A DNA stretch of 64,000 bases from an uncultured virus (IMG/VR IMGVR_UViG_3300007511_000013). Lineage: Duplodnaviria > Heunggongvirae > Uroviricota > Caudoviricetes. The notes beneath the pieces are model-generated. The model did not search any database. It was given only the letters and a program-made list of their open reading frames with translations, and was not told the DNA's origin. A program made the position numbers and the translations under genes. Shown in pieces: positions 1 to 8,817 of the stretch. The stretch is from the IMG/VR virus record IMGVR_UViG_3300007511_000013. One strand, written 5' to 3'. The number at the start of each line of letters is the position of its first letter. The stretch's first letter is position 1.

Positions 1-1631
1 AGGCTATCCCCGCCGGCGAATCTAACCGTTGACGTTCCGCCACCATGGGTGAAGGTTCCGCCTGAGTATATAAATAGTGCCCCTACGATGTTAGTGGTGT
101 AATTTTCGATCGAGAATGTGTCACTCGTACATGTCCACGTTCCACCCGTGAGTGCAAACGTCTTCGCTGTAACCGCTGAGTCCCCGCCCATGAACGTGCC
201 GCCAGACCAAGCTATGTCACCGCTCACGGTAAGAGTCTGGCCCGCGTTCTGGGTGAGTGTGTTTGTGTAGCCCGTGGACGTGAGAGAGGCGCACGCAGCG
301 GCTGTGTCGATTGCTATATCGGGAGACCCCGCATCAACTGTCACGTCGTCTGAGGCTGATGGAACTCCAGAGGGTAACCATGTGCCCGCCGTATTCCAAT
401 TCGCCGCACTTGTACCTTCAGCGAATTTGCCCGCCGCATACGTGTACCCACTCGATAGCGTTCCCGGCCCGCTCCCCGTAGTGACTACGACATCCTGTGC
501 CCCGAGACTTCCCGCTGGTGTGACTGCCGTAATCGAAGTAGCTCCGACCACCACCACGCTCGTTGCTGCTGTTCCCCCTATGGTGACAGAGGTGGCGCCC
601 GTGAAGTCTGTTCCTGTTATCGTGACTGCCCTACCTGCAACGGTCGGTCCCGAGCTTGGCGATATGGCTGTAACCGTAGGAGCGGGCGCCACAAATTGAT
701 CAGCTCCAATACTCCAGGTGTCCCCAAGGGTGTCACGATCTCGTCCATCTATATCGAACTGGACACCAGCAGGAGTCGTGACAAGGTCTACGCCGTTTCC
801 AATTGCATCGGAGCCCGGCTTGAGGTGGAGGTCTTCTGATCCCGACACAGTCGAGACGAACTGATCCGCGACCGTCTTGTTTATCTGTACCGTGGAGCCT
901 GGTGCGGTGGCGTCTTCCGACATGTTGTTGTCTACGCCCGCGCCCCAGGCAGTGCCGGCACCTTCGAAGTCGCCCGCCGTCCCAGATGGAGCAGATACGC
1001 CCATCGAGATATTGTTCTTGATTACCTCGTACGTCGTCCATCCGTAGATCCCATGAGCGGCTCCACTTCCGGCTGTGGTCACGTTCCAGATCGTATTGTT
1101 AGCGCACGTCATGCCAGATGAGCCACTCGCATAGATTTGGGTGATCGCATAGGCACGGTTCGCCGAGCTGGTCGTTTGATGTATTCCATAGATGATGCAG
1201 TTGAGAACCTGCTGGCCGTAGTATCGGCATTGGATTGCATCGAGGCTTTGATACGAGGAGATATCGTGCACAAGTAAGTTGCGAACGATACCCTGGTTTC
1301 CAAGTTTTATCGCAAGCGAGGCTTGGTAGGTCGATGGACCCCGATATAGCTCGAACCACTCGTATATCGAATTCCCGCCTGTCGGGTATCTAAACTCCAG
1401 GTTTCCGTCGATTCGCGCACCACTGCCAGCCGTGCCATCGTGGCGATTCCCCGCCGCAACGGTCAGCGTCACGCTGTTTACGCCCACGCTGATTGTAGGC
1501 GACTCGGCGTATATCTCGTCGTACAGCTCACCAATGCAGTCGTCGCCGGGGAAATTCGACAGGTCAGCCGCCCACAGGGTTATTGTGGTGTAGTCCTTCC
1601 CAACGCCAATTGACTTAGTAACGGTCGCCAT
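1..1631 (-). CDS. Probable virion fibre/adhesin (beta-helix-like region + IPT/TIG domain); 3' end lies outside the window; absent from the ORF track
   Basis: ATG at 1631 overlaps the TAA of the upstream gene (TAATG). My translation MATVTKSIGVGKDYTTITLWAADL...DLHLKPGSDAIGNG...DIDGRDR...WSIGADQFVAPAPTVTAISPSSGPTVAGRAVTITGTDFTGATSVTIGG stays open to base 1. The PTVTAISPSSGP..G..VTITG.DF segment is a typical IPT/TIG start. Confidence 0.8.
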   Translation of the reverse strand, partial: MATVTKSIGVGKDYTTITLWAADLSNFPGDDCIGELYDEIYAESPTISVGVNSVTLTVAAGNRHDGTAGSGARIDGNLEFRYPTGGNSIYEWFELYRGPSTYQASLAIKLGNQGIVRNLLVHDISSYQSLDAIQCRYYGQQVLNCIIYGIHQTTSSANRAYAITQIYASGSSGMTCANNTIWNVTTAGSGAAHGIYGWTTYEVIKNNISMGVSAPSGTAGDFEGAGTAWGAGVDNNMSEDATAPGSTVQINKTVADQFVSTVSGSEDLHLKPGSDAIGNGVDLVTTPAGVQFDIDGRDRDTLGDTWSIGADQFVAPAPTVTAISPSSGPTVAGRAVTITGTDFTGATSVTIGGTAATSVVVVGATSITAVTPAGSLGAQDVVVTTGSGPGTLSSGYTYAAGKFAEGTSAANWNTAGTWLPSGVPSASDDVTVDAGSPDIAIDTAAACASLTSTGYTNTLTQNAGQTLTVSGDIAWSGGTFMGGDSAVTAKTFALTGGTWTCTSDTFSIENYTTNIVGALFIYSGGTFTHGGGTSTVRFAGGDS

Positions 1632-2356
1632 TATTTATCCTGTACTATGTCAGCCGTTGCGTAGGTGAATTGGATACGCTTGTCCACAACCTGGCTCGTG
1701 TCTTCGACCTTGGCCAGACTTCCACCGCTCAAACCTATATCCGCAGCATAGTCCACCTTCTTCGCCCGCTTCTTAACCATGGTCATGATCGGCTCGCCTT
1801 CCTCATCTGTCCCGGTCTGCTCATGCACAGATACTGTCAACTCTGCGATCAACTCATCAGTCATGTCTTCGATCGTAAGCGGCAAGTTGGTTCGCTTCTC
1901 CTGGTCAGAGAACTGCCAGTTGACGGGTTTGGGGTAACCCGCTGCCTCCAGTTCAAGCCAGAGTTCCGCGAGATCTTCCTTGCTGGGCCGCCTCTCTTTA
2001 CCGAACCAAAAAAGGGTGCCATTGGGTTTCTCAAAAAGCTTCTTGCCTGACCGCTTGCGGCGCGACAGATATTCCGGTAGAGCAATTTTGTCTGGTCCAC
2101 ATATCTCAGACGTACCATCCTCATACTCGGCCAACATCTCCGTGGCTGACAGCACACTAAACTTGGCCCCCGCAAAACAATCAACTATTTTCTCATGTAG
2201 ACCGCCCGAAGTATAATAGCCATTCGAGGTTCGGCTATGCGTATCACGCCATAGAACCCGGCTATAGGCCGCATCTTTCGCATGCTCATTGATGGCCACA
2301 AGTACATCGCCCGGCTCATAGGATCCCGCCTGAATTCTCACCAGCAAATCTGCCAT
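1631..2356 (-). CDS. Hypothetical protein, translationally coupled to the fibre gene
   Basis: 241-aa ORF; AGGAGG RBS upstream; promoter-like motif at 2393-2401. Confidence 0.7.
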   Translation of the reverse strand: MADLLVRIQAGSYEPGDVLVAINEHAKDAAYSRVLWRDTHSRTSNGYYTSGGLHEKIVDCFAGAKFSVLSATEMLAEYEDGTSEICGPDKIALPEYLSRRKRSGKKLFEKPNGTLFWFGKERRPSKEDLAELWLELEAAGYPKPVNWQFSDQEKRTNLPLTIEDMTDELIAELTVSVHEQTGTDEEGEPIMTMVKKRAKKVDYAADIGLSGGSLAKVEDTSQVVDKRIQFTYATADIVQDK

Positions 2357-2392
2357 GATATTTTATCTCCTCCTACTGTGTAAACTCTTCCC

Positions 2393-2401
2393 ATATTACA
2401 C
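2393..2401 (-). promoter_or_regulatory. Phage promoter-like motif GTGTAATAT
   Basis: One copy of a motif that recurs just upstream of minus-strand gene starts; directly follows a terminator. Confidence 0.6.
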
Positions 2402-2402
2402 C

Positions 2403-2435
2403 AAAAAAGCTCCTCTCACGCGTGGCGTGGGGAGC
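2403..2435 (-). terminator. Probable intrinsic terminator
   Basis: Minus strand GCTCCCCACGC-CAC-GCGTGAGAGGAGC imperfect hairpin followed by T6. Confidence 0.6.
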
Positions 2436-2486
2436 AAGGAAAGGATGATATAAGGAGAACAGAAAAAATCTTTCTATCTGTTCTTC

Positions 2487-2903
2487 CTAGACATTTTTTG
2501 CCTTATGAGGTCTTATATTCAACTTAGGGGCTGCGTTTCGAATATCCGTTACAAAAGCATCACCAACCCCACCGTCAATAGCGGTGGTAAGGGCGACCGA
2601 ATTTGAACCGCTTACCCCACTTGCACTTGGTTGTGGCTTTACACCTACTAAAAAGGTTGCAGGGGCAATATCAATAACGCCAGCGTGATTTGCAGGGGCG
2701 CCTCGGGGAAAAACTGACCTGGCAGTATGGTCAGCAGTGAAGTCACCAGGTGTTGAAGAAACAGGAAAAGGATATTCTTGTGCGGCGAGAGTTGCCGCCG
2801 AGGGATCTGGATAAATCAGAGGAATGCTAAACATATAGGCGTGAAAATGATTCGACGCAAAATGATTAGATGCAAAATATCCTCTAACTGCAGTATGCGC
2901 CAC
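2487..2903 (-). CDS. Small probable virion protein; partial paralog of 3938..4273
   Basis: N-terminal FASNH tandem repeat; shares PQPSASGV.G.NSVALT.A.DGG.G with 3938..4273; GGGAG RBS, GTG start. Confidence 0.6.
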   Translation of the reverse strand: MAHTAVRGYFASNHFASNHFHAYMFSIPLIYPDPSAATLAAQEYPFPVSSTPGDFTADHTARSVFPRGAPANHAGVIDIAPATFLVGVKPQPSASGVSGSNSVALTTAIDGGVGDAFVTDIRNAAPKLNIRPHKAKNV

Positions 2904-2913
2904 TATTATCTCC

Positions 2914-3426
2914 CTACAGGTTCAACGTAACGCTTGATCTGTCACCATTTGTGTCCGACACAGAAGTAACTCTTGTTGTTGAGGTAGAGACCCCCTTGAA
3001 GACACTGGAGCCCGGACCACCGGAAGCCTTGCCCACCAGAACGGCAGCTATGGCGCGAAGGGCCTGACGCAGAGTTACGCCAGATTCTACTCCATCTGCA
3101 AGGTCAAGTAAAGGAGCATAAAGCTCTATGGTGCGGGTGACGGGAGCCATGGCGCCGGCATTTTCCGTGATGTGAAAGACCATTTCTTCCGAGTCATTGC
3201 CTGCACCAATTGTCATGTCCTCATCTAAGAGAAGAGAATATACGCCTGGCGTGCCGCCTCCAGCCACTTCTGTAACGGTTGGTGTAGTCATCGCCGTTGC
3301 GGCGGCGCCATTACGGGAGCGCCATACAGTAAAATTGGTAAGACCAGCTTCCCGTGTCTTTAAGTCCGTCGCATCAACGGCTACGAAATAGATAACTTGA
3401 TCTACTACTCCACTTGGTATTCTCAC
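2914..3426 (-). CDS. Probable virion structural protein
   Basis: 170 aa, T/G/S/V-rich beta-type composition; GAGG RBS, GTG start; cluster context. Confidence 0.6.
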   Translation of the reverse strand: MRIPSGVVDQVIYFVAVDATDLKTREAGLTNFTVWRSRNGAAATAMTTPTVTEVAGGGTPGVYSLLLDEDMTIGAGNDSEEMVFHITENAGAMAPVTRTIELYAPLLDLADGVESGVTLRQALRAIAAVLVGKASGGPGSSVFKGVSTSTTRVTSVSDTNGDRSSVTLNL

Positions 3427-3438
3427 CTCTCATCCCCC

Positions 3439-3915
3439 TTATGTGATGCTCTTACCCGTATAGGTTGTATTAATTTCTGCAATCCTAATTCTTATGGCAC
3501 CGGGATCGTCGCCAACAAGACCGCTGCCATTAAAGAGGAAGCGTGCCGCTGACGCGCCTGGATTATCATAAGTGATGAGTCTCTTTGTAATTGTCCCCGA
3601 AGGAACTATGTGACATGAGATATCATCTCTTACGTCGGATTTATTTAGGGTTGAATCCCAAACTCCTACCGTGCCCCCAAACCATTCTTGGTTTGCTAAC
3701 GTAGGAGCTATGTTGACACCGTTGGCATCTGTTGTAACGGAGTTAAAAGAGAATTCGGGGCGGACCTTGACTGCAACGTAGCCTCCGCCTAGAACATCTA
3801 ATATGACATTAATTCCATCCGCACCCCTGCAGTTAACAACTGACGTTGAGGTTTCTGCAGAAGGCGTTGCGCCGCTTGGGTGTATCTCGATGAAGTCGCC
3901 CGTATTTTGAGCCAT
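3439..3915 (-). CDS. Probable virion structural protein
   Basis: 158 aa, GGGGAG RBS, beta-rich composition. Confidence 0.6.
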   Translation of the reverse strand: MAQNTGDFIEIHPSGATPSAETSTSVVNCRGADGINVILDVLGGGYVAVKVRPEFSFNSVTTDANGVNIAPTLANQEWFGGTVGVWDSTLNKSDVRDDISCHIVPSGTITKRLITYDNPGASAARFLFNGSGLVGDDPGAIRIRIAEINTTYTGKSIT

Positions 3916-3937
3916 ATTATCTCCCCCTGGAGTCTAA

Positions 3938-4273
3938 TTAGACATTGCTAGAAAGATAAGGATCCTCATTTGTACCAAAGGCCGCGTCGTCATGATCTAT
4001 TACCTGGGTTGTCCCCGTGCCACCATCTAAGGCGCCTGTAAGAGCCACAGAATTAGGTCCACCGACGCCACTTGCACTCGGCTGCGGATTCCGCGTAACA
4101 GTTTCCGAGACCGCGCCGATATCTTTAAATTGCGTAATGGCCGCCCCTGTGCCAGGGGTGGAAACTAGACCGGTTGACGCCTGGTCTGGAAAGACCCCCG
4201 ACGCGGTATGAGATCCTACCACATGTGGATAAGTTCCTCCCGTTAAACTTACTGCATTATACTGGTTTGGCAT
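3938..4273 (-). CDS. Small G/T/S-rich probable virion protein
   Basis: GGAGG RBS; promoter motif at 4311-4320; shares a motif with 2487..2903. Confidence 0.6.
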   Translation of the reverse strand: MPNQYNAVSLTGGTYPHVVGSHTASGVFPDQASTGLVSTPGTGAAITQFKDIGAVSETVTRNPQPSASGVGGPNSVALTGALDGGTGTTQVIDHDDAAFGTNEDPYLSSNV

Positions 4274-4310
4274 GACTTCCTCCGTCCCTAATTATTTTAC
4301 CCCAACTACC

Positions 4311-4320
4311 TATATTACAC
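4311..4320 (-). promoter_or_regulatory. Phage promoter-like motif GTGTAATATA
   Basis: Recurrent intergenic motif, about 38 nt upstream of the ATG at 4273. Confidence 0.6.
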
Positions 4321-4335
4321 ATATAAGCAGAACGC

Positions 4336-4917
4336 TTACTCATTATACCCTTCTTCTTTAAAAGAATTGCTATAGGCAGGGCGGCGAGACTTGTCACCGG
4401 GGGCCACCAAGGCCTTAAGGGGCTTTTCCAAAACATAGAGAATACCCAATGTTTCGGCAGGGGTAATGCCAATTTGATGGGTTAAGGCGCGACCATCGCT
4501 AAATTTCTTATAAAGCTTAACTCTAAAACCACCTCCATATGAAGCAGCATTACCTCTGATAGTGAGAGAGGAAGTATTTCCTGTATTTCGATCAGCATGA
4601 AATATGTTGAGGAGATTTCCCTTACTATCAGCCATCTCCTTGAGAATCCATTCGTCATATTCTGCTGGGGCACATCGGAGAAAATCAATATATTTTGATG
4701 TACGTACTAGCTGAAGAATAAAAATCATTTGTAAAAGATCAGAATGACCCAACTTAAAAACAATTTTATTTTCCCAGTCGAAATCCCTGGCTCCTGTCTG
4801 AGATGCCATCTCCATCCAGATACAGCGAAGTTCGCTATCAGGATTGAATTGCGCCGCAGCCCCCTTGCCCGTCTTATTGGGCTTGTAAATAGAGTAGCCT
4901 CTAATGTCTGTCTTCAT
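4336..4917 (-). CDS. Whirly-like ssDNA-binding protein
   Basis: YSIYKPNKTGKGAAAQF, GARDFDWENKIVFKLG, NIFHAD and IGITPAE follow, in order, the plant Whirly motifs as I recall them (YSIYKGKAAL, RQYDWSRKQVFSLS, FFHDP, IPITKAE). Confidence 0.6.
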   Translation of the reverse strand: MKTDIRGYSIYKPNKTGKGAAAQFNPDSELRCIWMEMASQTGARDFDWENKIVFKLGHSDLLQMIFILQLVRTSKYIDFLRCAPAEYDEWILKEMADSKGNLLNIFHADRNTGNTSSLTIRGNAASYGGGFRVKLYKKFSDGRALTHQIGITPAETLGILYVLEKPLKALVAPGDKSRRPAYSNSFKEEGYNE

Positions 4918-5640
4918 TTAAAATTTCCTTGCCTTCATTACTTTTTCAATGGTACCATTATTAAGCGCCTTAATAAGAGATGTTGCTTCGCCCGTAGTGA
5001 GTTCTTCCAATTCATTTACAGGACGTGAGCCACACTCAAGAAGATTTTTTACCTTGATCTTTTTCTTCTTACAGATATTCTTTATGGCACTAATTTGAGC
5101 GGCCTGAATTAAAGAATCCGGGTCGGTGGTCGCATTCGAAATGGTCTTGGAAGAAATCTCTTCCTTTGAACACATGTTGATGCCCAGGCCGAAGCGCAAG
5201 GCTCTTGCTAGCGCCCTATTTTCAGCCATACAGACTGGATAAAGAGCAAAAACATCGTCAGTATTACGAATACTAGAATCCGCAGATCCACCGTAAGATT
5301 TTCCATCCTCGAAAGTTACTACTACAGAAGCGAATGCATACCGTGTGGCCCCCTCGGACTCACTTAAGATGTTTTGAGGAACCATTGATTTGATCCCCCT
5401 CAGGTGACCAATGCGGAGTAATTCTGAAAGGGGTATAAAGCTCCCGCCATTCTTATCCTTAAAAAGATTTTCCTCTCTTATTTCATCGTTCCAATTCTTA
5501 ATTTTAAAGGTCTCCTTTTTTGGGGGAGAAAGGGGTTTCTTCTCCAAAACGGCAATGCCTAATTCACCCTTTACTGCATTAGCCAAATCTAAAATATCTT
5601 GACTAATTTCTGTTTTCGGTTCTTTTTTCTTGCGCGCCAT
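4918..5640 (-). CDS. Rad52/Rad22-like single-strand annealing protein
   Basis: ASVVVTF..G..YGGSAD and MAENRALARALRFGLGI core; C-terminal QISAIK...LEELTTGEATSLIKAL helical tail typical of phage annealing proteins. Confidence 0.6.
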   Translation of the reverse strand: MARKKKEPKTEISQDILDLANAVKGELGIAVLEKKPLSPPKKETFKIKNWNDEIREENLFKDKNGGSFIPLSELLRIGHLRGIKSMVPQNILSESEGATRYAFASVVVTFEDGKSYGGSADSSIRNTDDVFALYPVCMAENRALARALRFGLGINMCSKEEISSKTISNATTDPDSLIQAAQISAIKNICKKKKIKVKNLLECGSRPVNELEELTTGEATSLIKALNNGTIEKVMKARKF

Positions 5641-5649
5641 GTTGTTCTC

Positions 5650-6420
5650 CTACTTCATTTGTAAGTGCCAGAGGCGAGGCTCCGCACCTTTTTTAATCTC
5701 GTCAAAAATTTCTAACAATCTATTTGCAACCACTTCACAGGCGGCAAAACTAAAGCTCTTTGTATGATCTTGGACCCTAATCATGTGAAGCCCCAAGCTT
5801 ATTACAAAATCATCCTTAATTTTATCCCTCTGTTGAGTCCTCTCCATCGCATCCTCACCATATACATTGGAGAAATGAGTGGGGCCGTCGCACTCTATAC
5901 AAATGCCGACCCCTATTATTAATATATCGATTTCTAACGGATATGTAAAGGACTTTGATCTTTTCTCTATATGAAAACCGTGTTCCATTAAAAGATCACC
6001 TATGGTATTTTCTGCCTTGCTACCGACCCCGGATTGTAAACGTGCCCCTACGCGCATCGGGAGTAGAGCAAGGGCCTTCTCTTCTTTGGACAACTTTTTC
6101 CAGCGGGACTTTGCGGTGCGGGCCAGTTTCTTCTTTGCGTTCTCTCTTTCTGGCTCGGTAAGACTCCCCCAGTGACGGCGCATTCCACGAGAAATAAGAC
6201 GCTTCTCATCTTTTGTTCGGGGTCTGGCCATGGGTGGCCCGTTTTCTTTTACATAAAGCTTCTGAGCGGCGCTACGAGTTCTGATTGGAATATTGGAGCG
6301 AAGCAAGACATCTCGGATGATCTTGGGATTTTTTCCCAACTCTTTCCCCAATGCATACATGCTTTTATTATTTTGGTACTGCTCTATGACATAGTCGCGC
6401 CAATCTTCTTCAATATTCAT
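5650..6420 (-). CDS. Vsr/DUF559-like endonuclease with N-terminal HTH and basic DNA-binding repeats (possible homing endonuclease)
   Basis: SKAE...EIDILI...ICIECDGPTHF...RDKIKDDF...GLHMIRV; N-terminal HTH (SMYALGKELGKNPKIIRDVL). Confidence 0.65.
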   Translation of the reverse strand: MNIEEDWRDYVIEQYQNNKSMYALGKELGKNPKIIRDVLLRSNIPIRTRSAAQKLYVKENGPPMARPRTKDEKRLISRGMRRHWGSLTEPERENAKKKLARTAKSRWKKLSKEEKALALLPMRVGARLQSGVGSKAENTIGDLLMEHGFHIEKRSKSFTYPLEIDILIIGVGICIECDGPTHFSNVYGEDAMERTQQRDKIKDDFVISLGLHMIRVQDHTKSFSFAACEVVANRLLEIFDEIKKGAEPRLWHLQMK

Positions 6421-6761
6421 CGCTTCTTCTTCTTTGCCTTTCCAACGTTTTTAACCCCCTTGAGCGTTCCATAGAGGCGAGCCGCCTCGTTCTCAAGGTT
6501 CGCTTGCTGGCGGGCGGCCTGCATCCGCTCCTCTTTTTCCTTTTCTTCTATTTTAATTGACTTAGCTAAGGCTTCATGGTTTTCTTTTATCCACTCTATA
6601 TCTAGGCGATGGAAGCCGAAATAGCTCGAATATACCGTTACGGAAGCATTTTCTGCATGAAACGACAAAACATTTTTCTTCTGCTTTAATGATAACTTCT
6701 TTATGTTGGCTGGAACTGTAGACATAACTTGCTCTAAGTATTTCTTTGACATGCGTGGCAT
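6417..6761 (-). CDS. Hypothetical protein
   Basis: AAGGAG RBS; ATGA overlap with the downstream gene. Confidence 0.6.
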   Translation of the reverse strand: MPRMSKKYLEQVMSTVPANIKKLSLKQKKNVLSFHAENASVTVYSSYFGFHRLDIEWIKENHEALAKSIKIEEKEKEERMQAARQQANLENEAARLYGTLKGVKNVGKAKKKKR

Positions 6762-6786
6762 GAATTCTCCTTTTTTATTTGCTACT

Positions 6787-6796
6787 TATAGTACAC
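6787..6796 (-). promoter_or_regulatory. Phage promoter-like motif GTGTACTATA
   Basis: Recurrent motif, 26 nt upstream of the ATG at 6761. Confidence 0.6.
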
Positions 6797-6814
6797 CGGA
6801 AGGTATAACCTAAA

Positions 6815-7141
6815 CTATGTTTTTATTTTTTTATCTCTCATGAATTTTCTTAATTCGGCACCGCCGGTTACGCTAATATGGCTCAAGACAGCAAGTAAAA
6901 GATACTTAAGTAATTCGCCATCTTCCTTGGCGGCGTCTGCGGCGATTTTAATTTCATCACCTTTGGCTACCATGCGGTCGGCTACGCGATCGGCCAAGAC
7001 GAGCATCTTATCTTCGACGTCGGGCTTAGCCTTTTCATATACGGCGATGGCAGAGTCTCGCGCTATATCCTTTACGTAGCCGCAACCGGATCCAAATAAA
7101 AGAAATATAAAAACCGTCGATGCGGCGATAGCTTTCTTCAC
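6815..7141 (-). CDS. Putative lipoprotein
   Basis: MKK + hydrophobic stretch + FGSGC lipobox-like Cys; second hydrophobic segment near the C-terminus. Confidence 0.55.
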   Translation of the reverse strand: MKKAIAASTVFIFLLFGSGCGYVKDIARDSAIAVYEKAKPDVEDKMLVLADRVADRMVAKGDEIKIAADAAKEDGELLKYLLLAVLSHISVTGGAELRKFMRDKKIKT

Positions 7142-7530
7142 AGCAGGCCCTCCTCGGTGCCAGGGGAGGGGCGCTCACCTATGTCGGAGAATAATTCCCC
7201 GCCCAGCATATCAAAAACCTTTAAAATATCTGTATCCTTCATCTTTAAATTCATCTCCTCTATTAACATACCATACTCTTCGTGAAGGTGTTTGAATTTG
7301 TCAACATTAACCCTGTAGGCACTGTTGCCGGAAGACTTCTTGAGATAAAATTCATCACAGCCGAAGGCGGCGGCGGTTTGGAGAACGCAGACAAGCGCTA
7401 CTGCATAATTAAATAATTCAGAGACATTTTTGAATTGGCCTACTTGGGCCATTATACGGGTATTGCGCCACAACTCCTTGCTTATATCAAGCATGATTAC
7501 TTCTCTATTGCTATAATCTTTGCTTTCCAT
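7138..7530 (-). CDS. Hypothetical protein, possible ribbon-helix-helix N-terminus
   Basis: IMLDISKELW...KNVSELFNYAV resembles an RHH pattern; AGGAG RBS. Confidence 0.5.
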   Translation of the reverse strand: MESKDYSNREVIMLDISKELWRNTRIMAQVGQFKNVSELFNYAVALVCVLQTAAAFGCDEFYLKKSSGNSAYRVNVDKFKHLHEEYGMLIEEMNLKMKDTDILKVFDMLGGELFSDIGERPSPGTEEGLL

Positions 7531-7641
7531 AGTTCTCCTAGTGGGGCAGATATATAAGTAAGCCGCTAACTATTAGCATGAGTACATCGGGTTGAATTAG
7601 TAGCAAAAAATAACTAAATAATCTACTCAATAATATTTTTA

Positions 7642-8316
7642 TTAACACAGGTGAAACTTTTCTCTCTTTGATTGCGCTGGAATATTGTGATGAATATTTT
7701 TTTCGATATCCCTCAACTCATCCTCTGTTTTTGTAGACCGCCAGTAACAAGTAGAGCAATTGACATTATAGATGTCCGACCCTAAAATTATTTGCTCCTT
7801 ATCTTCTGTCATTCTAATCGTCTTGGTCCCATCAGAAGATTTACATTTATTGCAGATAGCAGTAAGTTGTACAATCTCGTCTGCCATCGCCAGTAATTTG
7901 GGCACCGCGCCAAAGGGTCGGCCCGCGTAGTCTCGGGAGAGACCGGCCACAATGAAGCTTACTCCATAGTGAAGTATCATTTCATTGATGGCAAACCCCA
8001 GTTCTCTTTCGGAGTAAAACTGCGCCTCGTCTACAACAATTACATCCGGGGGACTAAAACCTAAACGAATTGTTTCAGAAAAAACACTAAATAATTTATA
8101 GCCATTAAGCTTTGAATCAAGATGGAAGGCATCTACTTCTAGCCCGTGACGGGATTTTATAATGGAACGGTCAAGGCCGGTATCTGTATATCTGCTCGTA
8201 GGAGTATAACAAACAACATCTTTTTTTTGTGCCTCGGCCATGTCTGCCCTCTTGATAAGCTCAAGGGATTTTCCACTAAACATGGGTCCGGTGATAACTG
8301 TAAGCTTTCCTCTCAT
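7642..8316 (-). CDS. tdk: Thymidine kinase
   Basis: GPMFSGKS Walker A, IKSRHG, VDEAQF, VAGL..DY..RPFG, LTAICNKC and C-terminal CxxC; start moved to ATG 8316 (ATGA overlap). Confidence 0.95.
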   Translation of the reverse strand: MRGKLTVITGPMFSGKSLELIKRADMAEAQKKDVVCYTPTSRYTDTGLDRSIIKSRHGLEVDAFHLDSKLNGYKLFSVFSETIRLGFSPPDVIVVDEAQFYSERELGFAINEMILHYGVSFIVAGLSRDYAGRPFGAVPKLLAMADEIVQLTAICNKCKSSDGTKTIRMTEDKEQIILGSDIYNVNCSTCYWRSTKTEDELRDIEKNIHHNIPAQSKREKFHLC

Positions 8317-8528
8317 GCTACTTCTCCCCACTTTAACCATTCTTCTTCCTTTCGTTTACCGAAGTGTTCTTCAATTGTTTCCCAATAGGGTTCAGATATA
8401 GCCATTTTACATTTGTGACACTCTATGGCGAGACGAGTGCCCTTTATTGACTCTCCTGGTCCTGCATAAATAATACGAGCGGAAACGTTTGTGCTTCCGC
8501 AATAGTCGCAACTAGTTTTTTCGGACAT
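8313..8528 (-). CDS. Small zinc-ribbon protein
   Basis: CDYC...CHKC; GGAG RBS. Confidence 0.6.
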   Translation of the reverse strand: MSEKTSCDYCGSTNVSARIIYAGPGESIKGTRLAIECHKCKMAISEPYWETIEEHFGKRKEEEWLKWGEVA

Positions 8529-8553
8529 CTAAAACTCCAAATCTCTTTTTTTG

Positions 8554-8817
8554 TTATACCTCATATTGAACATCGTCGTCCTCTATGTCTCCAAAGAATT
8601 CTTTAACCTCGCAGTCAATTGAAATTTTATAACTAACCCCAGTTTCCTCATTACTTATTATAACATCAAAATTCGAGGATGTAAAGAGCTTGTTGAAGAT
8701 AAATATTGCGCCAGACATGGTTTGTTGAATATTTAGATCGTACTTATCCATTATTTCTTCGACGGCGGCGGCAACCTCATCTTCCAATAAGAAGACTTGT
8801 TTCCTGTCTATTGTCAT
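8554..8817 (-). CDS. Hypothetical protein, possible RHH-type DNA-binding protein
   Basis: Start moved to ATG 8817 (ATGA overlap with 8814..9023); KQVFLLEDEVAAAVEEIM pattern. Confidence 0.5.
   Translation of the reverse strand: MTIDRKQVFLLEDEVAAAVEEIMDKYDLNIQQTMSGAIFIFNKLFTSSNFDVIISNEETGVSYKISIDCEVKEFFGDIEDDDVQYEV

Noticed and set aside
274..699. Plus-strand 141-aa ORF
   Set aside because: Antisense shadow of the IPT/TIG-coding region of the minus-strand gene 1..1631
7531..7641. AT-rich gap as ncRNA or origin
   Set aside because: No convincing hairpin, iteron or promoter consensus found by eye
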